DNA of 32,000 nucleotides from Candidatus Electrothrix sp. GW3-4 (GCF_037902255.1 NZ_CP147990.1:3030001-3062000); one strand, 5' to 3'. Numbered from the stretch's first letter, positions 1 to 8,945 are shown. Notes: a model not told the origin generated them from the sequence alone. A program made the numbers and translations.

Positions 1-88
1 CATAAAGGCAACGCAGTCTTTTGGTCAGCAGCTTCTCGATATTATTCGACCGACAATGAAAGCTCCCCCGACGCAGTGAGAGAGAAGG

Positions 89-106
89 GGCGATCAGCAG
101 ATCGCC
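89..106 (-). terminator. Hairpin downstream of clpB, a possible terminator
   Basis: Perfect 7-bp stem GGCGATC-AGCA-GATCGCC lies about 25 nt past the clpB stop. No clear U-tract follows, so this is weak. Confidence 0.3.
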
Positions 107-131
107 GCCCTGAATTCCCAGCAAGATCCTC

Positions 132-2723
132 TTATTTTCCAAACATCAACCTGTTTTCCTCCCCCCGATCAATCCGTACCGTATCCCCTTCACTGAACCT
201 GCCTTCCAGGATCTCCAGGGCTAGCGGGTCTTCAATATAGCGCTGGATGGCCCGCTTCAGGGGCCGGGCACCAAAGCTGGGATCGTAACCAATCTCCACC
301 AGGAAGTGCTTGGCCGCCTCAGTGAGCTCAATGGCGTACTTGCGCTCGGCCAGCCGCTTGCTCATGCGGGCGATCTGGATATCCACGATCTGGAGCAGAT
401 CCTCACGGGTTAGGCCGTGGAAGGTGATGATCTCATCCACCCGGTTGAGGAACTCTGGTCGGAACTGGCGATGCAGGAGTTCATCCACCTGTTGTCGCAT
501 CTCTTCCGGATTATCCTGGCCCAGTTCCATGATCAGATGACTGCCCAGGTTGGAGGTCATAATCATGATGGTGTTCTTAAAGGAGACGGTCCGACCCTTT
601 CCATCGGTCATCCGCCCATCGTCCAGGACCTGGAGCAGGACGTTGAAGACATCCGGGTGAGCCTTCTCAATCTCGTCCAGGAGAATCACCGAGTAAGGTC
701 GACGCCGCACCGCCTCGGTAAGCATCCCCCCCTCGTCATAGCCCACATAGCCAGGAGGTGCTCCGATGAGGCGGGCTACAGAATGCTTCTCCATGTACTC
801 AGACATATCAATACGGATCATGGCCTGTTCCGAGTCAAAGAGGAAGTCGGCCAGGCTGCGGGCCAGCTCGGTCTTGCCCACCCCGGTGGGGCCGAGAAAG
901 ATAAAGGAGCCCAAGGGCCGATCCGGGTCCTGGAGACCTGCCCTGGCCCGACGCACTGCATTAGCCACCGAAGTAATGGCCTCTTGCTGGCCGATGACCC
1001 GGCGCGCCAACGCGGACTCCGCCTGCACCAGCTTCTCCTTTTCCCCTTCCAGGAGTTTATCCACCGGCACACCGGTCCATTTGGCCACCACAGCAGCAAT
1101 ATCTTCCGCACCTACCTCTTCCTTGAGCATCTGGTGATTCTGCTGCACCTCGGCCAATTTACGATTTTCTGCCTCCAGCTCCTTTTCCAGCTCCACGATC
1201 TTGCTGTAACGAATCTCTGCCACCCGGCTCAGGTCACCGGCCCGCTCGGCCCGCTGCTCCTCAATATGGGCCTCATCAATCCGGGCCTTGGTATCGCGGA
1301 TGCGTTGAATCACGTCTTTTTCCAGCTGCCACTGACCCTTCATGGCATTGAGCTGCTCGTTGAGCTCGGCCAAGTCCTTTTTCAGGCGCTCCAGCTGTTC
1401 CTTGGAGGCCTTGTCCTTTTCCTTTTTCAGGGCCTCCTGCTCAATCTCCATCTTGATCCGCCTGCGATCCAGCTCATCAATCTCAGTGGGCATGGAGTCA
1501 ATCTCAATGCGCAAGCGGGAGGCGGCCTCATCAATTAGGTCAATGGCCTTGTCCGGCAGAAAGCGATCCGAGATGTAGCGATTGGATAAGGTGACCGCAG
1601 CCACGGTGGCCGCATCCTGAATCCGTACCCCATGGTGGACCTCGTACTTCTCCTTGATGCCGCGCAGGATGGCCACGGTATCCTCTTCACTGGGTTCCTG
1701 GATCAGGACTGGCTGGAAGCGGCGTTCCAAGGCGGCATCCTTCTCGATATATTTACGATACTCATCCAGAGTGGTGGCACCAACGCAATGGAGCTCACCC
1801 CGGGCCAGGGCCGGTTTGAGCATATTGGAGGCATCCATCGACCCTTCCGAGGCCCCTGCCCCCACCAGGGTATGGATCTCGTCGATAAAGAGGATGATCT
1901 CGCCCGCCTTCTTCTCCACCTCTTTCAGTACGGCCTTGAGCCGATCTTCAAACTCACCCCGGTACTTGGCCCCGGCAATGAGCAGGCCCAGGTCCAGGGA
2001 GATGACCTGCTTGCCCTCCAGGGTGGCCGGGATATCGCCATTGACGATGCGCTGGGCCAGCCCTTCCACGATGGCGGTCTTACCCACCCCTGGTTCTCCG
2101 ATGAGCACCGGGTTATTCTTGGTCCGGCGACTGAGGACCTGGATGATCCGCCGCACCTCTTCGTCCCGGCCGATGACCGGATCCAGCTTACCGCGCCGGG
2201 CCACGTCGGTGAGGTTACGGGCATACTTCTCCAGGGCCTGGTACTTGTCCTCTGGATAGGGATCCGTGACCCGCTGATTACCGCGGATAGTGGTCAGGGC
2301 CTGGAGAAAGGTCACCGGGTTGATACCCATGCGCTGGAGCATCTGCACCACCGGGGCCAGGGTGTCACTCTTGAGAATGCCAAGGAAAAGATGCTCCTGG
2401 CTGACATACTCATCCTGCATGGAGGAGGCCTCCTTGGCTGCCTGATCAACCACCTTGCTAAAGGCCTTGGACATATAGGACTGCCCCACGCCGGAGCCAG
2501 AGACCTTGGGTAACTTGGCAATCAGCTGGTCGGTCTCACTGAGCACCACGGCCGGAGTGACCCCCAGCTTCTGAAGGACCGGTACCACCACCCCTTCGGG
2601 CTGCTCCAACAGGGCCTTGAGCAGATGCTCAGGCTGCATCTCTGTGTTGCCAAACTGCTCAGCCAGACTGTGGGCGGCCTGGATTGCTTCCTGGGATTTC
2701 ACGGTGAACTTATCAAGCTGCAT
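132..2723 (-). CDS. clpB: ATP-dependent chaperone/disaggregase ClpB
   Basis: 863-aa ORF with two AAA+ modules (Walker A GEPGVGKT and GPTGVGKT). A long coiled-coil middle domain separates them and an N-terminal Clp repeat is present. SD GAGGAGGAG lies just upstream of the ATG. Confidence 0.97.
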   Translation of the reverse strand: MQLDKFTVKSQEAIQAAHSLAEQFGNTEMQPEHLLKALLEQPEGVVVPVLQKLGVTPAVVLSETDQLIAKLPKVSGSGVGQSYMSKAFSKVVDQAAKEASSMQDEYVSQEHLFLGILKSDTLAPVVQMLQRMGINPVTFLQALTTIRGNQRVTDPYPEDKYQALEKYARNLTDVARRGKLDPVIGRDEEVRRIIQVLSRRTKNNPVLIGEPGVGKTAIVEGLAQRIVNGDIPATLEGKQVISLDLGLLIAGAKYRGEFEDRLKAVLKEVEKKAGEIILFIDEIHTLVGAGASEGSMDASNMLKPALARGELHCVGATTLDEYRKYIEKDAALERRFQPVLIQEPSEEDTVAILRGIKEKYEVHHGVRIQDAATVAAVTLSNRYISDRFLPDKAIDLIDEAASRLRIEIDSMPTEIDELDRRRIKMEIEQEALKKEKDKASKEQLERLKKDLAELNEQLNAMKGQWQLEKDVIQRIRDTKARIDEAHIEEQRAERAGDLSRVAEIRYSKIVELEKELEAENRKLAEVQQNHQMLKEEVGAEDIAAVVAKWTGVPVDKLLEGEKEKLVQAESALARRVIGQQEAITSVANAVRRARAGLQDPDRPLGSFIFLGPTGVGKTELARSLADFLFDSEQAMIRIDMSEYMEKHSVARLIGAPPGYVGYDEGGMLTEAVRRRPYSVILLDEIEKAHPDVFNVLLQVLDDGRMTDGKGRTVSFKNTIMIMTSNLGSHLIMELGQDNPEEMRQQVDELLHRQFRPEFLNRVDEIITFHGLTREDLLQIVDIQIARMSKRLAERKYAIELTEAAKHFLVEIGYDPSFGARPLKRAIQRYIEDPLALEILEGRFSEGDTVRIDRGEENRLMFGK

Positions 2724-2796
2724 AGCTCCTCCTCTCTTCTTTGTATTCCCTTCTCCCTGTAAAACAGGGGGTTAGTCTTTAGTGTTCTGAAGAAAG

Positions 2797-2824
2797 ACGA
2801 TAAGAATGATTTGCAGGCTGTCAA
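2797..2824 (-). promoter_or_regulatory. Candidate sigma70-type promoter for clpB
   Basis: On the minus strand: TTGACA, 16-nt spacer, TATCGT, about 70 nt upstream of the clpB ATG. The -10 hexamer is imperfect. Confidence 0.3.
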
Positions 2825-2846
2825 GGGGTGGGGATGGTGCTCTATC

Positions 2847-3182
2847 CTACATGATGATCTTTACTGCAATCCAGGGCACAACAAGAAAGAAGAAGGTAAA
2901 GAACTTGTAGAGACTGAGGAAGGCATGGATCGCCTTGATAAGATAGTCTTCAGGTACGGCAAATATCCTGCTGTGGATCTTGAGGACCAGGGGACGGAAC
3001 AGGGTGACCAGGCAGAAGCTGAGCATGAGCAGGCCGAGGTTGATCAGCATGCACCAGAAGAGGAACGATTCAAGGATATTGGGGAGCATATTGTGTTGGA
3101 ACCTCTCTCTTGAGCAGATAGCTGGGCACCATACGACCCAGAATGGGATAGCATGCAAGGTGCGCAAGAACGCACCCTGCAT
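2847..3182 (-). CDS. Small hydrophobic membrane protein, about 3 predicted TM segments (hypothetical)
   Basis: 111-aa ORF with hydrophobic stretches (FLFWCMLINLGLLMLSFCLVTLF, FFTFFFLVVPWIAV). The overlapping plus-strand ORF 2811..3113 is acidic and low-complexity, typical of an antisense shadow. No family recognised. Confidence 0.35.
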   Translation of the reverse strand: MQGAFLRTLHAIPFWVVWCPAICSRERFQHNMLPNILESFLFWCMLINLGLLMLSFCLVTLFRPLVLKIHSRIFAVPEDYLIKAIHAFLSLYKFFTFFFLVVPWIAVKIIM

Positions 3183-3241
3183 ACCTCTATTTCGCTTCTC
3201 TCCTTGCTTTTACAACGACGTAAACAAGAACCCTGATCTCC

Positions 3242-3940
3242 TTACTTCCATGTTGTATAACCCAGGGATAAGATCTTGGACCTGCCATTCGATATGTTAT
3301 TAACCCGAAACTGGCTGATCCGTCCTTCATTGGTGCGCGCACAGACGTATGAGCCCACCGGGATATCCCGGAGGGAGACGCGATCATTGCTAAAGCGTGC
3401 CCTTGAACATCCGGCATAGCCACGATTTGAGCGATCACCAACTGCTATGCGGGCGCCATTCCGTGGCACAAGATACAAACGATCACGGGTCTCGGCCTGG
3501 AACCAGATGTCGATATTATTCCCATCGCTGATTCGTCCTCGATCAAGATCAAAGGTATAGGTTTGCTGAACATCGAGTTGGCCAGTGGAAAAGGTTTCTG
3601 GTCTCGGTCCAGGACCCGGCCCTGGACCTGGGTGCCTAGGCCTGCACCGAAAGCCTCGGTTTGTGGCCCTGCAGGTATGACCTTCCGGCGCATAACGTTG
3701 AATTGATCCAGAGGAGCCATAAACGCAAAGTAAGGCCGAACGACCGCCGATTTGGGATACCTCAGTTTTGGAGAGTCGATTAACCATTGGGGTTGTCCAC
3801 CAGTCATTAGGTAGGTTGTCGGTAATCGTCCGCCGGGCTTGATTGAGCGGGCATCTGATTGTCATGTCAGCAAAGACATTGCCAACATGAAAGGAAAGAA
3901 CGGCTAGGAAAAGAACGGCTGTCACTGCAAAGGTACGCAT
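3242..3940 (-). CDS. Secreted two-domain protein with a (PG)n linker (hypothetical)
   Basis: I chose the internal ATG at 3940 because it is preceded by GGAGGA. It opens a signal peptide MRTFAVTAVLFLAVLSFHVGNVFA. Two Cys-containing domains are joined by HPGPGPGPGPRP. Confidence 0.65.
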   Translation of the reverse strand: MRTFAVTAVLFLAVLSFHVGNVFADMTIRCPLNQARRTITDNLPNDWWTTPMVNRLSKTEVSQIGGRSALLCVYGSSGSIQRYAPEGHTCRATNRGFRCRPRHPGPGPGPGPRPETFSTGQLDVQQTYTFDLDRGRISDGNNIDIWFQAETRDRLYLVPRNGARIAVGDRSNRGYAGCSRARFSNDRVSLRDIPVGSYVCARTNEGRISQFRVNNISNGRSKILSLGYTTWK

Positions 3941-4088
3941 TTTATTGTCCTCCATGAGATGATGAACAGATATTGACAAACATGAAGCTTAGGAAAGATA
4001 TCTAACCGTGTCAAGAGGAAAACTTCAACGCCGCAGCTCATAATTAGCGCAGAGATACGGTTCCCGCCCCAAATGCCAGCGGTGCGGA

Positions 4089-4502
4089 TTACTCCGGCTC
4101 CAAACGAAGCTGCATATCCCGGTAGGTGTTCAGAGAGGGGTGCATAAAGGCCTTGCCATCAGGTTGATAGCCTGCTTTACGATAATGCACCTCTGGCCAT
4201 TCCTTGATATAGCCAGTCAGTGGCCCCCAGCCACCCCATAACCTGATCTCTTCAGAAGGGAGAAGAAACCGGCCCATGCTGTCTGTGTGAACAGGGGTGC
4301 CGTCCTTGCTATGGACCCCAAAATTACTCTGGGCAAGATAGCGTAGGAAGACCTCAGCACCCTCTAATGGTCGGCCAGTCCGGGCATCTGCTACGGTTCC
4401 GTTGACCACAATGCCTCCTCCTACGATCTTGGTGGTCATACAACTGCAGAGCGAGAGACAGAGCAACACCCATAGAACTTGTTTCACTATAATCACCTCC
4501 AT
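4089..4502 (-). CDS. Lipoprotein with a carboxypeptidase-regulatory-like (CarboxypepD_reg-type) beta-sandwich
   Basis: Lipobox-like LSLCSC follows a hydrophobic leader. The GTVADARTGRPLEGAEVFL motif is typical of CarboxypepD_reg folds. Start is ATG 4502, or GTG 4487 which has GGAGGTG upstream; the ORF-track start at 4619 is probably too long. Confidence 0.6.
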   Translation of the reverse strand: MEVIIVKQVLWVLLCLSLCSCMTTKIVGGGIVVNGTVADARTGRPLEGAEVFLRYLAQSNFGVHSKDGTPVHTDSMGRFLLPSEEIRLWGGWGPLTGYIKEWPEVHYRKAGYQPDGKAFMHPSLNTYRDMQLRLEPE

Positions 4503-4664
4503 TCTAAGAGGAAGCAGAGGCCCAGGCCCATTGAGAGCCAACAACGGAGGCTTGCCTGGCAGCGTGCTCTTCCCAGGGGGCTCACAACAGGCCCTGTCTG
4601 CTTTTTCACCATATTTCATAAGAGGTTAGCATAGTTCATCAGAGGTACCTGGGACCGCTCTTGC

Positions 4665-5930
4665 TTACCAGCCTACCTCTCTCACCTTCTCCTGCCGCTG
4701 ATACATCTCAAGATGCTCTTGGAGAGCGGCCCTGATCGCAGCATCCTCATCCCTGAGCCGCTCAAGGGCCTGCTGCTGGGTGGCAATGGCCTCCTCCCAT
4801 CTCCCTGCTTCTGCATAGGCAGCAGCCAGAGTATCTATATACGTTGCCTCATTCCATCCATCCTTTTCGCAGGCGCGTAAAGCCAACTCAACAGCCTTGG
4901 CACCATTGCGGACCGCAGGGTCTGGGTTGGTTGCCAAGGTCCAGGCCACTGCATTGATGGCAGGGACATATCCCTGGCCTGCTGATGTTCTTATCAATGA
5001 TCGCCCCTCCTCCTTGTGCTCCTCATATTGCAGAAAAAAATCACCGTACAGGTACTGTGCTTCAGGGTTGCCTGCCTCGGCCTGTTCTTGTAACTGGACA
5101 AATTCAACAACCTCATGCCGTGCGCGCCATTGTTCAGACCAGGGCATATAGGTCACTGAGAGGATGGTCATGGCGACCAGGAGAACCAACACCGTACTCC
5201 AGGCCAGCACAGAGGAACGGACAACAAAGACCATGCCCACACAGAGCCCGAAGAGCAGGCCAGCAATATGGGCCCCATTGGCGATGTTCAACACCTTAAA
5301 GAAGGTCAGGACAAGGCAGAGCACCAGCCAGCCCAGCAGCCATTGCATTATCCTTGTATTAAAGATGGTCCGGTACTGCGGGTCTACGCGCCGGGCCACT
5401 ATCCCGAACCCGAACATGGCATAGACCACCCCGGAGAAGCCAATACCTGTCTGGCCGGAGAACAAGAGCTGCCCCCCAGAGCTAACAATAGCAGCAGCCA
5501 GGATAAAAAGCAGGTACTTCCTGCGCCCCATACCTGGTTCGAGTATGCCTCCGAAGTCCTTTGTCCACCACATATTAAAGAGGATATGCCAAAAGTCAAA
5601 ATGGACAAAGGCGGCCGTGACCAACCCCCAGACAGCCCCGGTCCAGATCCGGAATCCTCTGGGAGCCACGGTCGTCACGACGGCTGTGTACTGTGGCCAG
5701 TCCTTGGCAAGGTTCAGGTAGACCCACAGGCCTGTGCAGAGGCAAATCACTGCATAGGTTATCCATGGCCGTCCCTGGTGCTCGGGAGCAGCCCCTGCTG
5801 GTGCAGGGACGGAAAAAGGGGGGAGGGCAGTGCGTGATGATGGGGTGATGGCCATAGCAAGGATGTTTTGATAAGTATGGGTCGTGTTGCTGCATGATGC
5901 TGCTGTGCAGGATAAGGACAGGGTCTGCAA
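4665..5930 (-). CDS. Rhomboid-family intramembrane serine protease with C-terminal Sel1/TPR-like repeats
   Basis: Rhomboid motifs are WHILFNMWW (H..N), GFSGVVYAMFG (GxSG catalytic Ser) and AHIAGLLFG (catalytic His). The C-terminal soluble region has GNPEAQYLYG and AAAYAEAGRWEEA repeat signatures. The start is uncertain; an alternative ATG lies at 5855. Confidence 0.85.
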   Translation of the reverse strand: MQTLSLSCTAASCSNTTHTYQNILAMAITPSSRTALPPFSVPAPAGAAPEHQGRPWITYAVICLCTGLWVYLNLAKDWPQYTAVVTTVAPRGFRIWTGAVWGLVTAAFVHFDFWHILFNMWWTKDFGGILEPGMGRRKYLLFILAAAIVSSGGQLLFSGQTGIGFSGVVYAMFGFGIVARRVDPQYRTIFNTRIMQWLLGWLVLCLVLTFFKVLNIANGAHIAGLLFGLCVGMVFVVRSSVLAWSTVLVLLVAMTILSVTYMPWSEQWRARHEVVEFVQLQEQAEAGNPEAQYLYGDFFLQYEEHKEEGRSLIRTSAGQGYVPAINAVAWTLATNPDPAVRNGAKAVELALRACEKDGWNEATYIDTLAAAYAEAGRWEEAIATQQQALERLRDEDAAIRAALQEHLEMYQRQEKVREVGW

Positions 5931-6210
5931 AAGATACCTCCCTTTTCAGGTACCTGCAAGGAGTTTAGCTGTCCAGGATAAAAGGGCAGCAAGGGCGAAC
6001 AGAGAGAAATACGCTCCTTATCACTCATCGTCCTTACCGGGTATCAGGTATTATCTGTAATGAGCAACCAAGGTCGCTCGTATTGAGGGACCAGTGTCCC
6101 TCCCTCTGAGCAACCAGGGTTACTCATCCAGAGATACCAGGGTTGCTCTGGTAAAGCCACTATCGTGGCCCTGTCTCTCCCTCTCTCCTGCCAGCAGGGC
6201 AATAATTCTG

Positions 6211-6239
6211 TTGACAAGGAAGAAACAGCTCTTTAATCT
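6211..6239 (+). promoter_or_regulatory. Candidate promoter upstream of the HU-like gene
   Basis: TTGACA at 6211-6216 is followed by TTTAAT (15-nt spacer) or TAATCT (17-nt spacer). Confidence 0.3.
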
Positions 6240-6292
6240 GGATAAAAAGCACTCTTGTTCCTCCTCTCTTATCCCACCCTTCATACAGGAGA

Positions 6293-7378
6293 ATGCGCAT
6301 GGCTACTATCCAATGGCGCCCACAGGTCAACGCCCTGACCACCCCCTTGTCCTACCGCATCCAGTACGTGCCACGCAATACTGCGGGCTACAGCGAGATG
6401 GCCACAGACATCTCCTCGACCCACCCGTTCTACAGCGCTGATCTGATCCTTAGCCTGGCGCCCCTGATCATGGAATGGATACAGGGACGCCTGCTCAATG
6501 GTGACCAGGTCACCCTGAAAGATGCCTTTAACTTCCGCACCCCCTTGAGCGGTAAGTTAACCAAACCCAATGACCCTCTGCCCAAGGGCACAGACCATCT
6601 GCATGTCCGGGTCACACCCTCCCGCAACTTTGTTAAGAAGATACGGCAGAAGGCCCGCCTGGAACGCCTGCCCATGGATGAGAAGCTGCCCCTGATCACC
6701 TCCTGCCAAGACACCACCCTCCAGCTCAGGAACGTGCTCAACCCGGACGGTATCCTCCAGCTTAGCGGGACGAACCTCTTCTTTGCCGGGGATGATCCCA
6801 AGCTGGGCTGCTGGCTCAGGGGCACCCGGAGCGGCGAGCGCCGCCAGTCCACCTATGGTCCCATCGCCAACACAGCAACCCTGTTGATCCCTGACATCCC
6901 GCCCCAGAAGGCAGCGTGGAATAATGAGTACCTCCTGAACCTGCGCACCCAGTACACCAAACACGGCACCCTGCGTACCGGTATCTACCAGCGCCGCTTG
7001 CGTACCCCCCTCAAGGTCCCTGGCCTCGGGCAGGCCCATCCACCTGAGACCGGCATCCTCAGTGGCAGCAGCCCAAGCCCCCTGGTGGTTATCATTGGCG
7101 GTACGGTCAGCGCAGCTGAGCAGCTCCGTATCCAGGCCGTTCTTGACCTGCGCCAAGACCAGCTCCTGCTCAGCCTGCTGGATATGGAGGAGATGGGTCG
7201 GAAGGGAACCGAGGTACCGGTGCTGGACAACGGGGACACTCCCCTGCCCGGCTTCACTGATTCTGCGGTGAGTAGCCTGACTATCAGGGTCCAGGATTAC
7301 CTGGCCCTGAAAAAGTTGATCCACGACCATTATCAGGGCAGGCTGGTGGATATCCTCAATGTACAGTATGCTGCTTAA
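6293..7378 (+). CDS. HU-like DNA-binding domain protein with a DUF4469-like middle domain
   Basis: 361-aa ORF. The N-terminal roughly 95 aa resembles the Bacteroidota-type 'HU family DNA-binding protein' N-domain (GDQVTLKDAFNFRTPLSGKL). It is followed by an ITSCQDTT...LNPDGILQLSGTNLFF...GCWL segment resembling DUF4469. The second ATG at 6299 has better SD spacing (AGGAGA). Confidence 0.65.
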   Translation: MRMATIQWRPQVNALTTPLSYRIQYVPRNTAGYSEMATDISSTHPFYSADLILSLAPLIMEWIQGRLLNGDQVTLKDAFNFRTPLSGKLTKPNDPLPKGTDHLHVRVTPSRNFVKKIRQKARLERLPMDEKLPLITSCQDTTLQLRNVLNPDGILQLSGTNLFFAGDDPKLGCWLRGTRSGERRQSTYGPIANTATLLIPDIPPQKAAWNNEYLLNLRTQYTKHGTLRTGIYQRRLRTPLKVPGLGQAHPPETGILSGSSPSPLVVIIGGTVSAAEQLRIQAVLDLRQDQLLLSLLDMEEMGRKGTEVPVLDNGDTPLPGFTDSAVSSLTIRVQDYLALKKLIHDHYQGRLVDILNVQYAA

Positions 7379-7395
7379 AAGCTTATGAAGTCGTG

Positions 7396-7512
7396 ATGAC
7401 TGTCTTCTATGTATTGAGCCAACAGCCAGCACCACGCCTGTGGATCTGGCGTGATCATCAGACAAGGTCCTCCCAGGGACGGGCCATAGATCAACCCAAC
7501 AACAAGGAGTAG
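7396..7512 (+). pseudogene. 38-codon relic or duplicate of the GH13 gene 5' end
   Basis: It translates as MTVFYVLSQQPAPRLWIWRDHQ..., against MTLFHILSQQPAPRLWVWRDRQ at 8959. At the DNA level there is a 23-nt identical core, TTGAGCCAACAGCCAGCACCACG. It stops 3 nt before the lipase ATG. Confidence 0.45.
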
Positions 7513-7515
7513 ATA

Positions 7516-8775
7516 ATGAGAAAAGCAACAAGAAAGACCCTAAGGCGACTCTTGACCATGGCCTGTCTCGGCCTGCTTGCCTGGCAGCAGACCGCCTGTG
7601 CCAAGAACCCTGACAACCAGCTAGAGCGCCCGACCTGCGATATGTCCTCTTTCATGGTCCTGGGCGACTCCATCGCCTTCGGCTATATGGCTGGCTACAC
7701 CGGAGCGGATGGCGACCCACTGCCCCAGGTCAGTCCAGAATTGGTCGTCCACGCCTGGCCCAAGCTGGTTGCTGACCAAGCCGGGGTGGAGATGGGCCTG
7801 ACCTTTTACACGAACACACCAGACAACCTGTCCGTGCCCGGGTACGCCTTAAACGATATGACAGTCCCCTACTCCAGCCTGCTGGCCGCGAATGAGGTTA
7901 CCAAATATGTCCTGGGCGGCTATGCTGCCATCTCTGGAGAGGACCCATCGCCACTCCAGGTCCTCTTGACAGAGAACCCCAGTACCGCAGCAGTCATGAT
8001 CGGCAATAACGATATCCTGGGTGCAGCCATCTATGCCAACTCGGCCTTAAAAACACCGGTGAACGCCTTCACGGCCATGTACAGCAATCTGGTTGCAGAG
8101 CTGGCCGCTGCTCCAGACAGAGCAGTGGTGACGGCAACCATCCCTGATGTCTCTGCTATCCCCTTTCTGCTCTCTGCACCCCAGGCCTTTGACGGGGAGG
8201 AGATCCCGGCAGGCATAGCCAGCAATGAAGACGGGACAGCCTATGCCATCCAGGAGAGCGACTATATCACCCTGCAAGGGATGGAGAAACTCAAGCACAG
8301 TCTCCCCCTGATCAAATGCCCTGGTTCAGCAACACCTTCACTGGCCTGTGTTGGCGATATCCTGACGGAGGATGAGCTTGAGGAGATCAGTGCCCACACA
8401 GAGGCCTTTAATAACGCCATCAGAGCGATTGCTGACCACTATGATAATGTCGCGATTATGGCCTTTGACAAACTCTTTCGCCAACTGAGCAGGCATGGGA
8501 TTGTTATTCAGGGCAGGAAGTATACCCTGGAATATGATGGCGGTCTGATCAGCAAAGACGGTATCCACCCAACCAAATTGGGGCATGGCGTGATCGCCAA
8601 CAAGATCATCCAGACCCTGAACAGCAGGTTTGGCGCTGACATCCCTAAGCTGGTACTCAATACCCTGGCTGCTGAGGAGGAACTGGCAGAAGGGAGTCTT
8701 CCCCTGCCCGCCTCATTCGACAGCCAGGCCTTTGAACATGCCCGCAAGATGTTCCGTAAGAATGACAGAGAATAA
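7516..8775 (+). CDS. SGNH/GDSL-family hydrolase lipoprotein
   Basis: SD AAGGAG precedes the start. The signal peptide has a lipobox (WQQTAC). Block I is VLGDSIAFGY (GDS) and block V is DGIHPTKLGH (DxxH). Confidence 0.85.
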   Translation: MRKATRKTLRRLLTMACLGLLAWQQTACAKNPDNQLERPTCDMSSFMVLGDSIAFGYMAGYTGADGDPLPQVSPELVVHAWPKLVADQAGVEMGLTFYTNTPDNLSVPGYALNDMTVPYSSLLAANEVTKYVLGGYAAISGEDPSPLQVLLTENPSTAAVMIGNNDILGAAIYANSALKTPVNAFTAMYSNLVAELAAAPDRAVVTATIPDVSAIPFLLSAPQAFDGEEIPAGIASNEDGTAYAIQESDYITLQGMEKLKHSLPLIKCPGSATPSLACVGDILTEDELEEISAHTEAFNNAIRAIADHYDNVAIMAFDKLFRQLSRHGIVIQGRKYTLEYDGGLISKDGIHPTKLGHGVIANKIIQTLNSRFGADIPKLVLNTLAAEEELAEGSLPLPASFDSQAFEHARKMFRKNDRE

Positions 8776-8857
8776 CCGGAGATAAGGCCTGTCACCAGGA
8801 CCGCCCCTTGGGGCAGGCTGGTGGATACCCTGGCCCTGCAAGATACTGGATAAATAC

Positions 8858-8945
8858 CCCCCTACCCCTCTGGGGAGGGCCAACAAAGCATGCAAGGTAA
8901 TCGGACGACTCCAAGGAGCCGTTGCTCCCCTGCATATAAAACACC
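8858..8945 (+). repeat. Intergenic repeat family, copy 1 (GC hairpin + GGGGAGGG + ACAAAGCATG + TCCAAGGAGCC + CATATAAAA)
   Basis: Aligns without gaps to copies at 16765-16850 and 27378-27462, all in the same orientation. Confidence 0.7.

Noticed and set aside
310-2521. Many plus-strand ORFs inside clpB (for example 417..1538 at 373 aa and 1632..2513 at 293 aa).
   Set aside because: They are antisense shadows of a strongly supported clpB. The proteins are low-complexity (Leu/His/Gly/Pro-rich) with no motifs.
2724-2850. Heat-shock control elements (a sigma32 promoter or a CIRCE operator) upstream of clpB.
   Set aside because: There is no match to the CIRCE inverted repeat TTAGCACTC-N9-GAGTGCTAA and no sigma32 -10 CCCCAT. 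Only a generic TTGACA-type candidate was found.
6557-7531. 324-aa minus-strand ORF opposite the HU-like gene.
   Set aside because: The sequence looks like an antisense artefact (Gly/Ala/Leu/Gln-rich, no motifs, no SD). It would run through the lipase start region. The plus-strand ORF has recognisable domain signatures.
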